A stretch of DNA of 64,000 bases, taken from the NCBI GenBank assembly GCA_014894455.1, contig JADBLN010000116.1, forward strand, positions 9,393-73,392, given 5' to 3'. Under the pieces are notes generated by a model. That model saw nothing but the letters and a program-made list of their open reading frames with translations, searched no databases and was not told where the DNA came from. Positions 63,546-64,000 of this stretch are shown one piece after another. This DNA is from Acidobacteriota bacterium. Lineage in GTDB: Bacteria > Acidobacteriota > Aminicenantia > Aminicenantales > Saccharicenantaceae. The position numbers and the translations under genes were made by a program. Each line of letters begins with the position of its first letter. Within the stretch, counting starts at the first letter, position 1.

Positions 63546-64000
63546 TCAGGAGATTTCTAGCATGGCTTGGATCGAGCCCCGGGCCCGGTCGCCGATGTCT
63601 TTGGGGACCTCGATCCGGCTGGTCCCGGTCTCGAGGGCCCGCAGGACCTTGGCCAGGGTCGTCATCTTCATGTGGGCGCAGAGCGCGGTCTCCCGGGCCG
63701 GATAGAATTTCACGGCCGGGTTCTCCTTGCCCAGGCGGTAGAGGATGCCCTTCTCGGTGCCGATGATGACCTCGCGGCAGGAGGTTGCCCGCGCCTCAAG
63801 GACCATCTTCCCGGTCGAGAGAACCTTGTCGGCGAGGTCGATGACGTCGAGGGGGCACTCCGGGTGGACCCAGACCTCGGCCCCGGGATGGAGGGCCCGG
63901 GCGTCCCGGATGTCCCGTGGGGTGAACCTGTGATGGACGTAGCAGTAGCCGTCCCAGGCGATGAGCCGCTTTCCCGTTTCCCGGGCGACCCAGGCGGCCA
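63546..64000 (-). CDS. nadA: Quinolinate synthase NadA, 5' end beyond window
   Basis: The frame stays open up to the window edge. It contains ...WDGYCYVHHRF...VWVHPECPLDVIDLADKVLSTGKM...IIGTEKGILYRL...CAHMKMTTL. Confidence 0.9.
   Translation of the reverse strand, partial: AAWVARETGKRLIAWDGYCYVHHRFTPRDIRDARALHPGAEVWVHPECPLDVIDLADKVLSTGKMVLEARATSCREVIIGTEKGILYRLGKENPAVKFYPARETALCAHMKMTTLAKVLRALETGTSRIEVPKDIGDRARGSIQAMLEIS

Overview
GC-rich window (roughly two-thirds G+C by eye, not computed), almost gap-free coding, from a bacterium with a Gram-negative-type envelope: it encodes an OMP ending in Phe, lipoproteins and an MltD-like enzyme. The centre (13.1-45.0 kb, minus strand) is one contiguous translation/transcription supercluster. 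It runs tRNA-Thr(TGT)/Tyr/Gly/Thr(GGT), rpmG, tRNA-Trp, secE-nusG-rplKAJL-rpoBC, rpsL-rpsG-fusA-tuf, then the complete S10, spc and alpha operons (rpsJ to rplQ, including secY-adk-map-infA-rpmJ). The left flank holds metG (5' truncated), tsaC, an OMP, a LEA_2 lipoprotein, a PepC-like C1 peptidase, cca and galE. It also holds an exported cell-wall neighbourhood: an MltD-like transglycosylase, a class-A-like serine hydrolase, a dipeptide epimerase and an NlpC/P60 peptidase. The right flank holds an ECF sigma/anti-sigma/LTxxQ operon, purB-purS-purQ-purL-purN plus an orphan membrane protein, a double-length thyX, polX, rtcB-archease and gltS. It ends with a secreted TPR/DUF1223-like protein, nth plus an AmrS-like radical SAM gene, a 49-codon rubrerythrin-like ORF and nadA (5' truncated). 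I saw no rRNA, CRISPR array, transposase, integrase or phage genes. The many long antisense ORFs in the track (up to 1491 aa opposite rpoB) are shadow ORFs typical of GC3-biased genomes. I do not see a convincing new multi-gene system; this is mostly ordinary core genome. The best leads are single-gene or intergenic oddities: an EF-Tu with a non-canonical switch I, a Cys-rich insertion in RpoB, a fused double ThyX, a Tat-like signal on a dipeptide epimerase, stacked palindromes between thyX and polX, a mini rubrerythrin-like ORF, and several promoters only 9-12 nt from start codons. All promoter and terminator calls are pattern-based and untested.
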